NCBI GenBank assembly: GCA_964016885.1
Contig: OZ024743.1
Coordinates: 133,672,001 to 133,736,000 of the forward strand
Origin: Eledone cirrhosa
Taxonomy: Eukaryota
DNA length: 64,000 nucleotides
Direction: 5' to 3'
The notes beneath the pieces were generated by a model. That model was not told the origin of the DNA and did not search any database. It was given only the letters and a program-made list of their open reading frames with translations. Numbering within the stretch: the first letter of the stretch is position 1; each line of letters opens with the position of its first letter. Positions 22,801 through 35,300 of the stretch are shown in pieces. The position numbers and the translations under genes are program-made.

Positions 22801-25800
22801 TGCTTGGAGTTTGGTGTTTGGTGCTTGGTGCTTGGTGTTTTGTGCTTGGTGTTTGGTTTTTGGTGCTTGGTGCTTGGTGCTTGTTGCTTGGTCCTTGGTG
22901 TTTGGTGCTTGGTGCTTGGTGCTTGGTGTTTGGTTCTTGGTTCTTGGTGTTTGGTAATTGGTGCTTGGTGCTTGGTGCTTGGTGTTTGCTGTTTGGTGTT
23001 TGGTGTTTGGTGTTTGGTGTTTGCTGTTTGGTGTCTGCTTTTTGGTGTTTGGTGTTTGCTGTATGGTGTTTGCTGTTTCGTGTTTGGTGTTTGCTGTTTC
23101 GTGTTTGGTGTTTGCTGTTTGGTGTTTGGTCTTTGGTGCTTGGTGTTTGGTGCTTGGTGCTTGGTGTTTGGTGTTTGGTTTTTGGTGCTTGGTGCTTCGT
23201 GTTTGGTGTTTGGTGCTTGGTGTCTGGAGCTTGGTGTTTGGTGTTTGGTGCTTGGTGTTTGGTGTTTGGTGCTTGGTGCTTGGTGTTTGGTGCTTGGTGC
23301 TTGGTGTTTGTACTTGGTGCTTGGTGCTTGGTGTTTGGTGCTTGGTTCTTGGTGTTTGGTGCTTGGTGTTTGGTGCTTGGTGCTTGGTGTTTGGTGCTTG
23401 GTGCTTGGTGTTTGGTGTTTGGTGCTTGGTGCTTGGTGCTTGGTGTTTGATGTTTGGTGCTTGGTGCTTGGTGTTTGGTGTTTGGTTCTTGGTGCTTGGT
23501 ATTTGGTGCTTGGTGCTTGCTGCTTGGTGTTTGGTGCTTGGTGATTGATGCTTGGTGTTTGATGCTTGGTGCTTGGTATTTGGTTTTTGGTGCTAGGTGC
23601 TTGGTGCTTGGTGTTTGGTGCTTGGTGCTTGGTGTTTGTACTTGGTGCTTGGTGCTTGGTGTTTGGTGCTTGGTTCTTGGTGTTTGGTGCTTGGTGTTTG
23701 GTGCTTGGTGCTTGGTGTTTGGTGCTTGGTGCTTGGTGTTTGGTGTTTGGTGCTTGGTGCTTGGTGCTTGGTGTTTGATGTTTGGTGCTTGGTGCTTGGT
23801 GTTTGGTGTTTGGTTCTTGGTGCTTGGTATTTGGTGCTTGGTGCTTGCTGCTTGGTGTTTGGTGCTTGGTGATTGATGCTTGGTGTTTGATGCTTGGTGC
23901 TTGGTATTTGGTTTTTGGTGCTAGGTGCTTGGTGCTTGGTGTTTGGTGCTTGGTGTTTGGTGTTTGCTGCTTGGTGCTTGGGGCTTGGTGTTTGGTACTT
24001 GGTGCTTGGTGCTTGGTGTTTGGTGCTTGGTGCTTGGTGTATGGTGTTTGGTGTTTGGTGCTTGGTGTTTGGTGTTTGGTGCTTGGTGCTTGGTGTTTGT
24101 TGCTTGGTACTTGGTTCATGGTGTTTGGTGCTGGGTGCTTGGTGTTTGGTGCTTGGTGCTTGGTGTTTGGTGTTTGGTGCTTGGTGTTTGGTGTTTGGTG
24201 CTTGGTGCTTGGTGTTTGTTGCTTGGTACTTGGTGCATGGTGTTTGGTGCTGGGTGCTTGGTGTTTGGTGCTTGGTGTTTGGTGCTTGGTGCTTGGTGTT
24301 TGGTGTTTGGTGTTTGGTGTTTGGTGTTTGATGCTTGGTGCTTGGTGCTTGGTGTTTGGTGCTTGGTGTTTGTACTTGGTGCTTGGTGTTTTGTGCTAGG
24401 TCCTTTGTGTTTGGTGTTTGGTGCTTGGTGCTTGGTGCTTGGTGTTAGGTGTTTGGTGCTTGGTGCTTGGTGTTTGGTGTTTGGTCCTTGGTGCTTGGTG
24501 TTTAGTGCTTGGTGCTTGGTGTTTGTTGTTTGGTGCTTTCTGCTTGCTGCTTGGCGTTTGGTGCTTGGTGCTTGGTGCTTGGTGTTTGGTGTTTGGTGCT
24601 AGGTGCTTGGTGTTTGGTGTTTGGTGTTTGATGCTTGGTGTTTGGTGTTTTGTGCTTGGTGCTTGGGGCTTGGTGCTTGGTGTTTGGTGTTTGGTGTTTG
24701 GTGCTTGGTGCTTGGTGTTTGGTGCTTGGTGCTTGGTGCTGGGTGGTTGGTATTTGGTGCTTGGTGCTTGGTGTTTGGTGCTTGGTGCTTGGTGCTTGGT
24801 GTTTGGTGCTTGGTGCTTGGTGCTTGGTCTTTGGTGCTTGGTGTTTGGTGCTTGGTGCTTGGTGCTTGGTGTTTGGTGCTTGGTGATTAGTGTTTGGTGC
24901 TTGGTGCTTGGGGTTTGGTGTTTGGTGCTTGGTACTTGGTGTTTGGTGCTTGGTGTTTGGTGTTTGCTGTTTGGTGTTTGGTGTTTGCTGTTTGCTGTTT
25001 GCTGTTTGCTTTTTGGTGTTTGGTGTTTGCTGTATGGTGTTTGCTGTTTGGTGTTTGGTGTTTGCTGTTTGGTGTTTGGTGTTTGCTGTTTGGTCTTTGG
25101 TGCTTGGTGTTTGGTGCTTGGTGCTTGGTGTTTGGTGTTTGGTGCTTGGTGTTTGGTGCTTGGTGCTTGGTGTTTGGTGTTTGGTGCTTGGTGTTTGGTG
25201 CTTGGTACTTGGTGCTTGGTGCTTGGTGTTAGGTGTTTGGTGCTTGGTGCTTGGTGTTTGGTGTTTGGTGCTTGGTGTTAGGTGTTTGGTGCTTGGTGCT
25301 TGGTGTTTGGTGTTTCGTGCTTGGTGTTTGGTGCTTGGTGCTTGGTGTTTGGTGTTTGGTGCTTGGTGCTTGGTGTTTGGTTTTTGGTGCTTGGTGCATG
25401 GTGTTTGGTGTTTGGTGCTTGCTGCTGGCTGCTTGGTGTTTGGTGCTTGGTGATTGGTGCTTGGTGTTTGGTGCTTGGTGTTTGGTGTTTGGTACTAGGT
25501 GCTTGGTGTTTGGTGTTTGGTGCTTGGTGCTTGGTGTTTGGTGTTTGGTGTTTGGTGCTTGGTGCTTGGTGCTTGGTGCTGGGTGGTTGGTGTTTGGTGC
25601 TTGGTGATTAGTGTTTGGTGCTAGGTGCTTGGGGTTTGGTGTTTGGTGCTTGGTGCTTGGTGTTTGGTGCTTGGTGCTTGGTGTTTGGTGCTTGGTGGTT
25701 GGTGTTTGCTGTTTGCTGTTTGCTGTTTGGTGTTTGTTGTTTGGTGTTTGTTGATTGGTGTTTGCTGTTTGGTGCTTGGTGCTTGGTCTTTGGTGCTTGG

Positions 25801-28800
25801 TGTTTGGTGTTTGGTGCTTGGTGCTTTGTGTTTGGTGCTTGGTAATTAGTGTTTGGTGCTTGGTGCTTGGGGTTTGGTGTTTGGTGCTTGGTACTTGGTG
25901 TTTGGTGCTTGGTGTTTGGTGTTTGCTGTTTGGTGTTTGGTGTTTGGTGTTTGCTGTATGGTGTTTGCTGTTTCGTGTTTGGTGTTTGCTGTTTGGTGTT
26001 TGGTGTTTGCTGTTTGGTGTTTGGTCTTTGGTGCTTGGTGTTTGGTGCTTGGTGCTTGGTGTTTGGTGTTTGGTGCTTGGTGTTTGGTGTTTGGTGCTTG
26101 GTGCTTGGTGCTTGGTGTTTGGTGTTTGGTGTTTGGTGCTTGGTGTCTGGTGCTTGGTGTTTGGTGTTTGGTGTTTGGTGCTTGGTGTTTGGTGTTTGGT
26201 GTTTGGTGTTTGGTGCTTGTTGCTTGGTACTTGGTGCTTGGTGTTTGGTGTTTGGTGCTTGGTGTTTGGTGCTGGGTGCTTGGTGTTTGGTGCTTGGTGC
26301 TTGGTGCTTGGTGTTTGGTGTTTGGTGCTTGGTGCTTGGTGCTTGGTGTTTGGTGTTTGGTGCTTGGTGTTTTATGCTTGGTGTTTGATGTTTGGTGCTT
26401 GGTGCTTGGTGTTTGGTGCTTGGTGCTTGGTGTTTGTACTTGGTGCTTGGTGCTTGGTTCTTGGTGTTTGGTGCTTGGTGCTTGGTGCTTGGTGCTTGGT
26501 GTTTGGTGCTTGGTGTTTGGTGCTTGGTGTTTGGTGCTTGGTGCCTGGTGCTTGGTGCTTGGTGCTTGGTGTTTGGTGCTTGGTGTTTGGTGCTTGGTAT
26601 TAGGTGTTTGGTGCTTGGTGCTTGGTGTTTGGTGTTTGGTGCTTGGTGTTTGGTGCTTGGTGCTTGGTGTTTGGTGTTTGGTGCTTGGTGTTTGGTGCTT
26701 GGTACTTGGTGCTTGGTGCTTGGTGTTAGGTGTTTGGTGTTTGGTGCTTGGTGTTTGGTTTTTGGTGCTTGGTGCTTGGTGTTTGGTGTTTGGTGCTTGC
26801 TGCTGGCTGCTTGCTGTTTGATGCTTGGTGATTGGTGCTTGGTGTTTGGTGCTTGGTGTTTGGTGTTTGGTACTAGGTGCTTGGTCCTTGGTGTTTGGTG
26901 CTTGGTGCTTGGTGTTTGGTATTTGGTGCTTGGTGCTTGGTGTTTGGTGCTTGGTGCTGGGTGCTGGGTGGTTGGTGTTTCGTGTTTCGTGTTTGGTGCT
27001 GGGTGCTTGGTGTTTGGTGCTTGGAGTTTGGTCTTTGGTGTTTGGTGTTTGGTGTTTGGTGCTTGGTGCTTGGTGCTTGGTGTTTGGTGCTTGGTGCTTG
27101 GTGTTTGGTGCTTGGTGCTTAGTGTTTGGTGCTAGGTGCTTGGGGTTTGGTGTTTGGTGCTTGGTGCTTGGTGTTTGGTGTTTGGTGCTTGGTGCTTGGT
27201 GTTTGGTGTTTGGTGCTTGGTGCTTGGTGTTTGGTGTTTGGTGTTTGCTGTTTGGTGTTTGGTGTTTGGTGTTTGCTGTTTGGTGTCTGCTTTTTGGTGT
27301 TTGGTGTTGGCTGTATGTTATTTGCTGTTTGGTGTTTGGTGTTTGGTGTTTGGTGCTTGGTGCTTGGTGTTTGGTGTTTGGTGCTTGGTGCTTGGAGTTT
27401 GGTGTTTGGTGCTTGGTGCTTGGTGTTTTGTGTTTGGTGTTTGGTTTTTGGTGCTTGGTGCTTGGTGCTTGTTGCTTGGTCCTTGGTGTTTGGTGCTTGG
27501 TGCTTGGTGTTTGTACTTGGTGCTTGGTGCTTGGTGTTTGGTTCTTGGTTCTTGGTGTTTGGTACTTGGTGCTTGGTGCTCGGTGCTTGGTGTTTGGTGT
27601 TTGGTGCTTGGTGTTTGGTGCTTGGTGCTTGGTGCTTGGTGTTAGGTGTTTGGTGCTTGGTGCATGGTGTTTGGTGCTTGGTGTTTGGTGTTTGCTGTTT
27701 GGTGTTTGGTGCTTGGTGTTTGGTGTTTGCTGTTTGGTGTCTGCTTTTTGGTGTTTGGTGTTTGCTGTATGGTGTTTGCTGTTTCGTGTTTGGTGTTTGC
27801 TGTTTGGTGTTTGGTGTTTGCTGTTTGGTGTTTGGTCTTTGGTGCTTGGTGTTTGGTGCTTGGTGCTTGGTGTTTGGTGTTTGGTGCTTGGTGCTTGGTG
27901 CTTCGTGTTTGGTGTTTGGTGCTTGGTGTCTGGAGCTTGGTGTTTGGTGTTTGGTGCTTGGTATTTGGTGTTTGGTGCTTGGTGCTTGGTGTTTGGTGCT
28001 TGGTGCTTGGTGCTTGGTGTTTGGTGTTTGGTGCTAGGTGCTTGGTGTTTGGTGTTTGGTGTTTGATGCTTGGTGTTTGGTGTTTTGTGCTTGGTGCTTG
28101 GGGCTTGGTGCTTGGTGTTTGGTGTTTGGTGTTTGGTGCTTGGTGCTTGGTGTTTGGTGCTTGGTGCTTGGTGCTGGGTGGTTGGTATTTGGTGCTTGGT
28201 GCTTGGTGTTTGGTGCTTGGTGCTTGGTGCTTGGTGTTTGGTGCTTGGTGCTTGGTGCTTGGTCTTTGGTGCTTGGTGTTTGGTGCTTGGTGCTTGGTGC
28301 TTGGTGTTTGGTGCTTGGTGATTAGTGTTTGGTGCTTGGTGCTTGGGGTTTGGTGTTTGGTGCTTGGTACTTGGTGTTTGGTGCTTGGTGTTTGGTGTTT
28401 GCTGTTTGGTGTTTGGTGATTGCTGTTTGCTGTTTGCTGTTTGCTTTTTGGTGTTTGGTGTTTGCTGTATGGTGTTTGCTGTTTGGTGTTTGGTGTTTGC
28501 TGTTTGGTGTTTGGTGTTTGCTGTTTGGTCTTTGGTGCTTGGTGTTTGGTGCTTGGTGCTTGGTGTTTGGTGTTTGGTGCTTGGTGTTTGGTGCTTGGTG
28601 CTTGGTGTTTGGTGTTTGGTGCTTGGTGTTTGGTGCTTGGTACTTGGTGCTTGGTGCTTGGTGTTAGGTGTTTGGTGCTTGGTGCTTGGTGTTTGGTGTT
28701 TGGTGCTTGGTGTTAGGTGTTTGGTGCTTGGTGCTTGGTGTTTGGTGTTTCGTGCTTGGTGTTTGGTGCTTGGTGCTTGGTGTTTGGTGTTTGGTGCTTG

Positions 28801-29556
28801 GTGTTTGGTGCTTGGTACTTGGTGCTTGGTGCTTGGTGTTAGGTGTTTGGTGCTTGGTGCTTGGTGTTTGGTTTTTGGTGCTTGGTGCATGGTGTTTGGT
28901 GTTTGGTGCTTGCTGCTGGCTGCTTGGTGTTTGGTGCTTGGTGATTGGTGCTTGGTGTTTGGTGCTTGGTGTTTGGTGTTTGGTACTAGGTGCTTGGTGT
29001 TTGGTGTTTGGTGCTTGGTGCTTGGTGTTTGGTGTTTGGTGTTTGGTGCTTGGTGCTTGGTGCTTGGTGCTGGGTGGTTGGTGTTTGGTGCTTGGTGATT
29101 AGTGTTTGGTGCTAGGTGCTTGGGGTTTGGTGTTTGGTGCTTGGTGCTTGGTGTTTGGTGCTTGGTGCTTGGTGTTTGGTGCTTGGTGGTTGGTGTTTGC
29201 TGTTTGCTGTTTGCTGTTTGGTGTTTGTTGTTTGGTGTTTGTTGATTGGTGTTTGCTGTTTGGTGCTTGGTGCTTGGTCTTTGGTGCTTGGTGTTTGGTG
29301 TTTGGTGCTTGGTGCTTTGTGTTTGGTGCTTGGTAATTAGTGTTTGGTGCTTGGTGCTTGGGGTTTGGTGTTTGGTGCTTGGTACTTGGTGTTTGGTGCT
29401 TGGTGTTTGGTGTTTGCTGTTTGGTGTTTGGTGTTTGGTGTTTGCTGTATGGTGTTTGCTGTTTCGTGTTTGGTGTTTGCTGTTTGGTGTTTGGTGTTTG
29501 CTGTTTGGTGTTTGGTCTTTGGTGCTTGGTGTTTGGTGCTTGGTGCTTGGTGTTTG
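19861..29556 (+). repeat. 9666-bp higher-order tandem duplication, copy 2
   Basis: Same landmarks as copy 1, shifted by 9666. The match ends near 19890/29556, where one copy continues with TTGTAC and the other with TTGGTGT. Confidence 0.93.
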
Positions 29557-31500
29557 GTGTTTGGTGCTTGGTGTTTGGTGTTTGGTGCTTGGTGCTTGGT
29601 GCTTGGTGTTTGGTGTTTGGTGTTTGGTGCTTGGTGTCTGGTGCTTGGTGTTTGGTGTTTGGTGTTTGGTGCTTGGTGTTTGGTGTTTGGTGTTTGGTGT
29701 TTGGTGCTTGTTGCTTGGTACTTGGTGCTTGGTGTTTGGTGTTTGGTGCTTGGTGTTTGGTGCTGGGTGCTTGGTGTTTGGTGCTTGGTGCTTGGTGCTT
29801 GGTGTTTGGTGTTTGGTGCTTGGTGCTTGGTGCTTGGTGTTTGGTGTTTGGTGCTTGGTGTTTTATGCTTGGTGTTTGATGTTTGGTGCTTGGTGCTTGG
29901 TGTTTGGTGCTTGGTGCTTGGTGTTTGTACTTGGTGCTTGGTGCTTGGTTCTTGGTGTTTGGTGCTTGGTGCTTGGTGCTTGGTGCTTGGTGTTTGGTGC
30001 TTGGTGTTTGGTGCTTGGTGTTTGGTGCTTGGTGCCTGGTGCTTGGTGCTTGGTGCTTGGTGTTTGGTGCTTGGTGTTTGATGCTTGGTATTAGGTGTTT
30101 GGTGCTTGGTGCTTGGTGTTTGGTGTTTGGTGCTTGGTGTTTGGTGCTTGGTGCTTGGTGTTTGGTGTTTGGTGCTTGGTGTTTGGTGCTTGGTACTTGG
30201 TGCTTGGTGCTTGGTGTTAGGTGTTTGGTGTTTGGTGCTTGGTGTTTGGTTTTTGGTGCTTGGTGCTTGGTGTTTGGTGTTTGGTGCTTGCTGCTGGCTG
30301 CTTGCTGTTTGATGCTTGGTGATTGGTGCTTGGTGTTTGGTGCTTGGTGTTTGGTGTTTGGTACTAGGTGCTTGGTCCTTGGTGTTTGGTGCTTGGTGCT
30401 TGGTGTTTGGTATTTGGTGCTTGGTGCTTGGTGTTTGGTGCTTGGTGCTGGGTGCTGGGTGGTTGGTGTTTCGTGTTTCGTGTTTGGTGCTGGGTGCTTG
30501 GTGTTTGGTGCTTGGAGTTTGGTCTTTGGTGTTTGGTGTTTGGTGTTTGGTGCTTGGTGCTTGGTGCTTGGTGTTTGGTGCTTGGTGCTTGGTGTTTGGT
30601 GCTTGGTGCTTAGTGTTTGGTGCTAGGTGCTTGGGGTTTGGTGTTTGGTGCTTGGTGCTTGGTGTTTGGTGTTTGGTGCTTGGTGCTTGGTGTTTGGTGT
30701 TTGGTGCTTGGTGCTTGGTGTTTGGTGTTTGGTGTTTGCTGTTTGGTGTTTGGTGTTTGGTGTTTGCTGTTTGGTGTCTGCTTTTTGGTGTTTGGTGTTG
30801 GCTGTATGTTATTTGCTGTTTGGTGTTTGGTGTTTGGTGTTTGGTGCTTGGTGCTTGGTGTTTGGTGTTTGGTGCTTGGTGCTTGGAGTTTGGTGTTTGG
30901 TGCTTGGTGCTTGGTGTTTTGTGTTTGGTGTTTGGTTTTTGGTGCTTGGTGCTTGGTGCTTGTTGCTTGGTCCTTGGTGTTTGGTGCTTGGTGCTTGGTG
31001 TTTGTACTTGGTGCTTGGTGCTTGGTGTTTGGTTCTTGGTTCTTGGTGTTTGGTACTTGGTGCTTGGTGCTCGGTGCTTGGTGTTTGGTGTTTGGTGCTT
31101 GGTGTTTGGTGCTTGGTGCTTGGTGCTTGGTGTTAGGTGTTTGGTGCTTGGTGCATGGTGTTTGGTGCTTGGTGTTTGGTGTTTGCTGTTTGGTGTTTGG
31201 TGCTTGGTGTTTGGTGTTTGCTGTTTGGTGTCTGCTTTTTGGTGTTTGGTGTTTGCTGTATGGTGTTTGCTGTTTCGTGTTTGGTGTTTGCTGTTTGGTG
31301 TTTGGTGTTTGCTGTTTGGTGTTTGGTCTTTGGTGCTTGGTGTTTGGTGCTTGGTGCTTGGTGTTTGGTGTTTGGTGCTTGGTGCTTGGTGCTTCGTGTT
31401 TGGTGTTTGGTGCTTGGTGTCTGGAGCTTGGTGTTTGGTGTTTGGTGCTTGGTATTTGGTGTTTGGTGCTTGGTGCTTGGTGTTTGGTGCTTGGTGCTTG
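24600..31500 (+). repeat. About 3.45-kb tandem higher-order repeat (offset 3435 then 3491), two copies
   Basis: ORF pairs 24603/28038 and 24890/28325 (3435), and 25615/29106, 25849/29340, 26825/30316, 27136/30627 (3491 = 497x7 + 2x6). Confidence 0.85.
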
Positions 31501-32349
31501 GTGTTTGTACTTGGTGCTTGGTGCTTGGTGTTTGGTGCTTGGTTCTTGGTGTTTGGTGCTTGGTGTTTGGTGCTTGGTGCTTGGTGTTTGGTGCTTGGTG
31601 CTTGGTGTTTGGTGTTTGGTGCTTGGTGCTTGGTGCTTGGTGTTTGGTGTTTGGTGCTTGGTGCTTGGTGTTTGGTGTTTGGTTCTTGGTGCTTGGTATT
31701 TGGTGCTTGGTGCTTGCTGCTTGGTGTTTGGTGCTTGGTGATTGATGCTTGGTGTTTGATGCTTGGTGCTTGGTGTTTGGTTTTTGGTGCTAGGTGCTTG
31801 GTGCTTGGTGTTTGGTGCTTGGTGTTTGGTGTTTGCTGCTTGGTGCTTGGGGCTTGGTGTTTGGTACTTGGTGCTTGGTGCTTGGTGTTTGGTGCTTGGT
31901 GCTTGGTGTATGGTGTTTGGTGTTTGGTGCTTGGTGTTTGGTGTTTGGTGCTTGGTGCTTGGTGTTTGTTGCTTGGTACTTGGTTGATGGTGTTTGGTGC
32001 TGGGTGCTTGGTGTTTGGTGCTTGGTGCTTGGTGTTTGGTGTTTGGTGCTTGGTGTTTGGTGTTTGGTGCTTGGTGCTTGGTGTTTGTTGCTTGGTACTT
32101 GGTGCATGGTGTTTGGTGCTGGGTGCTTGGTGTTTGGTGCTTGTTGTTTGGTGCTTGGTGCTTGGTGTTTGGTGTTTGGTGTTTGATGCTTGGTGTTTGA
32201 TGCTTGGTGCTTGGTGCTTGGTGTTTGGTGCTTGGTGTTTGTACTTGGTGCTTGGTGTTTTGTGCTTGGTTCTTTGTGTTTGGTGTTTGGTGCTTGGTGC
32301 TTGGTGCTTGGTGTTAGGTGTTTGGTGCTTGGTGCTTGGTGATTAGTGT

Positions 32350-35300
32350 TTGGTGCTAGGTGCTTGGGGTTTGGTGTTTGGTGCTTGGTGCTTGGTGTTT
32401 GGTGCTTGGTGCTTGGTGTTTGGTGCTTGGTGCTTGGTGTTTGTTGTTTGGTGTTTGTTGTTTGGTGTTTGCTGTTTGCAGTTTGGTATTTGGTGTTTGC
32501 TGTTTGGTGTCTGCTTTTTGGTGTTTGGTGTTTGCTGTATGTTGTTTGCTGTTTGGTGTTTGGTGTTTGGTGTTTGGTGTTTGGTGCTTGGTGCTTGGTG
32601 TTTGGTGCTTGGTGCTTGGTGTTTGGTGCCTGGTGCTTGGTACTTGGTGTTTGGTGTTTGGTGCTTGGTGCTTGGTGCTTGGAGTTTGGTGTTTGGTGCT
32701 TGGTGCTTGGTGTTTTGTGTTTGGTGTTTGGTTTTTGGTGCTTGGTGCTTGGTGCTTGGTAATTAGTCCTTGGTGTTTGGTGCTTGGTGCTTGGTGTTTG
32801 TACTTGGTGCTTGGTGCTTGGTGTTTGGTTCTTGGTTCTTGGTGTTTGGTACTTGGTGCTTGGTGCTTGGTGCTTGGTGTTTGGTGTTTGGTGCTTGGTG
32901 TTTGGTGCTTGGTGCTTGGTGCTTGGTGCTTGGTGTTAGGTGTTTGGTGCTTGGTGCTTGGTGTTTGGTGCTTGGTGTTTGCTGTCTGGTGTTTGGTGTT
33001 TGGTGTTTGGTGTTTGCTGTTTGGTGTCTGCTTTTTGGTGTTTGGTGTTTGCTGTATGGTGTTTGCTGTTTGGTGTTTGGTGCTTCGTGTTTGGTGTTTG
33101 GTCTTTGGTGATTGGTGTCTGGTGCTTGATGTTTGGTGTTTGGTGTTTGGTGCTTGGTGCTTGGTGTTTGGTGCTTGGTGCTTGGTGTTTGTACTTGGTG
33201 CTTGGTGTTTGGTGTTTGGTGCTTGGTGCTTGGTGCTTGGTGTTAGGTGTTTGGTGCTTGGTGCTTGGTGTTTAGTGTTTGGTTCTTGGTGCTTGGTATT
33301 TGGTGCTTGGTGCTTGCTGCTTGGTGTTTGGTGCTTGGTGATTGATGCTTGGTGTTTGGTGCTTGGTGCCCAGTGTTTGGTTTTTGGTGCTAGGTGCTTG
33401 GTGCATGGTGTTTGGTGCTTGGTGTTTGGTGTTTGGTGGTTGGTGCTTGGGGATTGGTGTTTGGTACTTGGTGCTTGGTGCTTGGTGTTTGGTGCTTGGT
33501 GCTTGGTGTTTGGTGTTTGGTGCTTGGTGCTTGGTATTTGGTGCTTGGTGCTTGGTGTTTGGTGTTTGGTGCTTGGTGCTTGGTGTTTGGTGCTTGGTGC
33601 TTGGTGCTTGTTGTTTGGTGATTGGTGCTTGGTGCTTGGTGTTTGGTGTTTGGTGCTTGGGGCTTGGTGTTTGGTGCTGCGTGCTTGGTGCTTGGTGCTT
33701 GGTGCTTGGTGTTTGATGCTTGGTGTTTGATGCTTTGTGTTTGGTGTTTGGTGTTTGGTGCTTGGTGTTTGGTGTTTGATGCTTGGTGCTTGATGCTTGG
33801 TGCTTGGTACTTGGTGTTTGGTGCTTGGTGCTTGGTGTTTGGTGTTTGGTGCTTGGTGCTTGGTGTTTGGTGCTTGGTGCTTGGTGCTTGTTGTTTGATG
33901 ATTGGTACTTGGTGCTTGGTGTTTGGTGTTTGGTGCTTGGGGCTTGGTGTTTGGTGCTGCGTGCTTGGTGCTTGGTGCTTGGTGCTTGGTGTTTTGTGTT
34001 TGGTGTTTGATGCTTGGTGCTTGGTGTTTGGTGTTTGGTGCTTGGTGTTTGGTGTTTGCTGTTTGCTGTTTGCTGTTTCGTGTTTGCTGTTTGGTGTTTG
34101 GTGTTTGGTGTTTGCTGTTTGGTGTTTGCTGTTTGGTGTTTGGTGCTTGCTGTTTGGTGCTTGGTGTTTGGTGCTTGGTGCTTGGTGTTTGGTGTTTGGT
34201 GTTTGGTGCTTGGTGCTTGGGGCTTGATTTGGTGCTTGGTGCTTGGTGCTTGGTGTTTGGTGTTTGGTGCTTGGTGTTTGGTGCTTGGTGCTTGGTGCTG
34301 GGTGTTTGGTGCTTGGTGTTTGGTGCATGGTGCTTGGTGCTTGTTGTTTGTCGCTTGTTGCTTGGTGCTTGGTGTTTGGTGCTTGGTGCTTGGTGTTTGG
34401 TGTTTGGTGCTTGTTGCTTGGTTTTTGGTGTTTGGTGCTTGGTGTTTGGTGTTTGGTGCTTGGTGCTTGGTGTTTGCTGCTTGGTACTTGGTGCATGGTG
34501 TTTGGTGCTGGGTGCTTGGTGTTTGGTGCTTGGTGTTTGGTGCTTGGTGCTTGGTGTTTGGTGTTTGGTGTTTGATGCTTGGTGTTTTATGCTTGGTGCT
34601 TGGTGTTTGGTGCTTGGTGTTTGTACTTGGTGCTTGGTGCTTGGTGTTTTGTGCTTGGTTCTTGGTGTTTGGTGTTTGGTGCTTGGTACTTGGTGCTTGG
34701 TGTTAGGTGTTTGGTGCTTGGTGCTTGGTGTTTGGTGTTTGGTCCTTGGTGCTTGGTGCTTGGTGTTTAGTGCTTGGTGCTTGGTGTTTGTTGTTTGGTG
34801 CTTTCTGCTTGCTGCTTGGTGTTTGCTGCTTGGTGCTTGGTGCTTGGTGTTTGGTGTTTGGTGCTAGGTGCTTGGTGTTTGGTGTTTGGTGTTTGATGCT
34901 TGGTGTTTGGTGCTTGGTGTTTGGTGCTTGGTGCTTGGGGCTTGGTGTTTGGTGCTTGGTGCTTGGTGCTTGGTGTTTGGTGCTTGGTGTTTGGTGTTTG
35001 GTGTTTGATGCTTGGTGTTTGGTGCTTGGTGTTTGGTGCTTGGTGCTTGGGGCTTGGTGTTTGGTGTTTGGTGCTTGGTGCTTGGTGTTTGGTGCTTGGT
35101 GCTTGGTGCTGGGTGGTTGGTATTTGGTGCTTGGTGCTTGGTGTTTGGTGCTTGGTGCTTGGTGCTTGGTCTTTGGTGCTTGGTGCTTGGTCTTTGGTGC
35201 TTGGTGCTTGGTGCTTGGTCTTTGGTGCTTGGTGTTTGGTGTTTGGTGCTTGGTGCTTTGTGTTTGGTGCTTGGTGATTAGTGTTTGGTGCTTGGTGCTT

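Noticed and set aside
16180-28890. Long minus-strand ORFs (1014 aa x2; also 883, 1002 and 927 aa elsewhere) encoding mucin-like (TKHQAPS/TKHQTPN)n
   Set aside because: Length is expected because stops arise only from rare TTA/CTA/TCA variants. ATG starts are chance CAT variants. There is no signal peptide or unique terminus, and many duplication offsets (328, 2657, 3491, 8126) are not multiples of 3, so no reading frame is being preserved.
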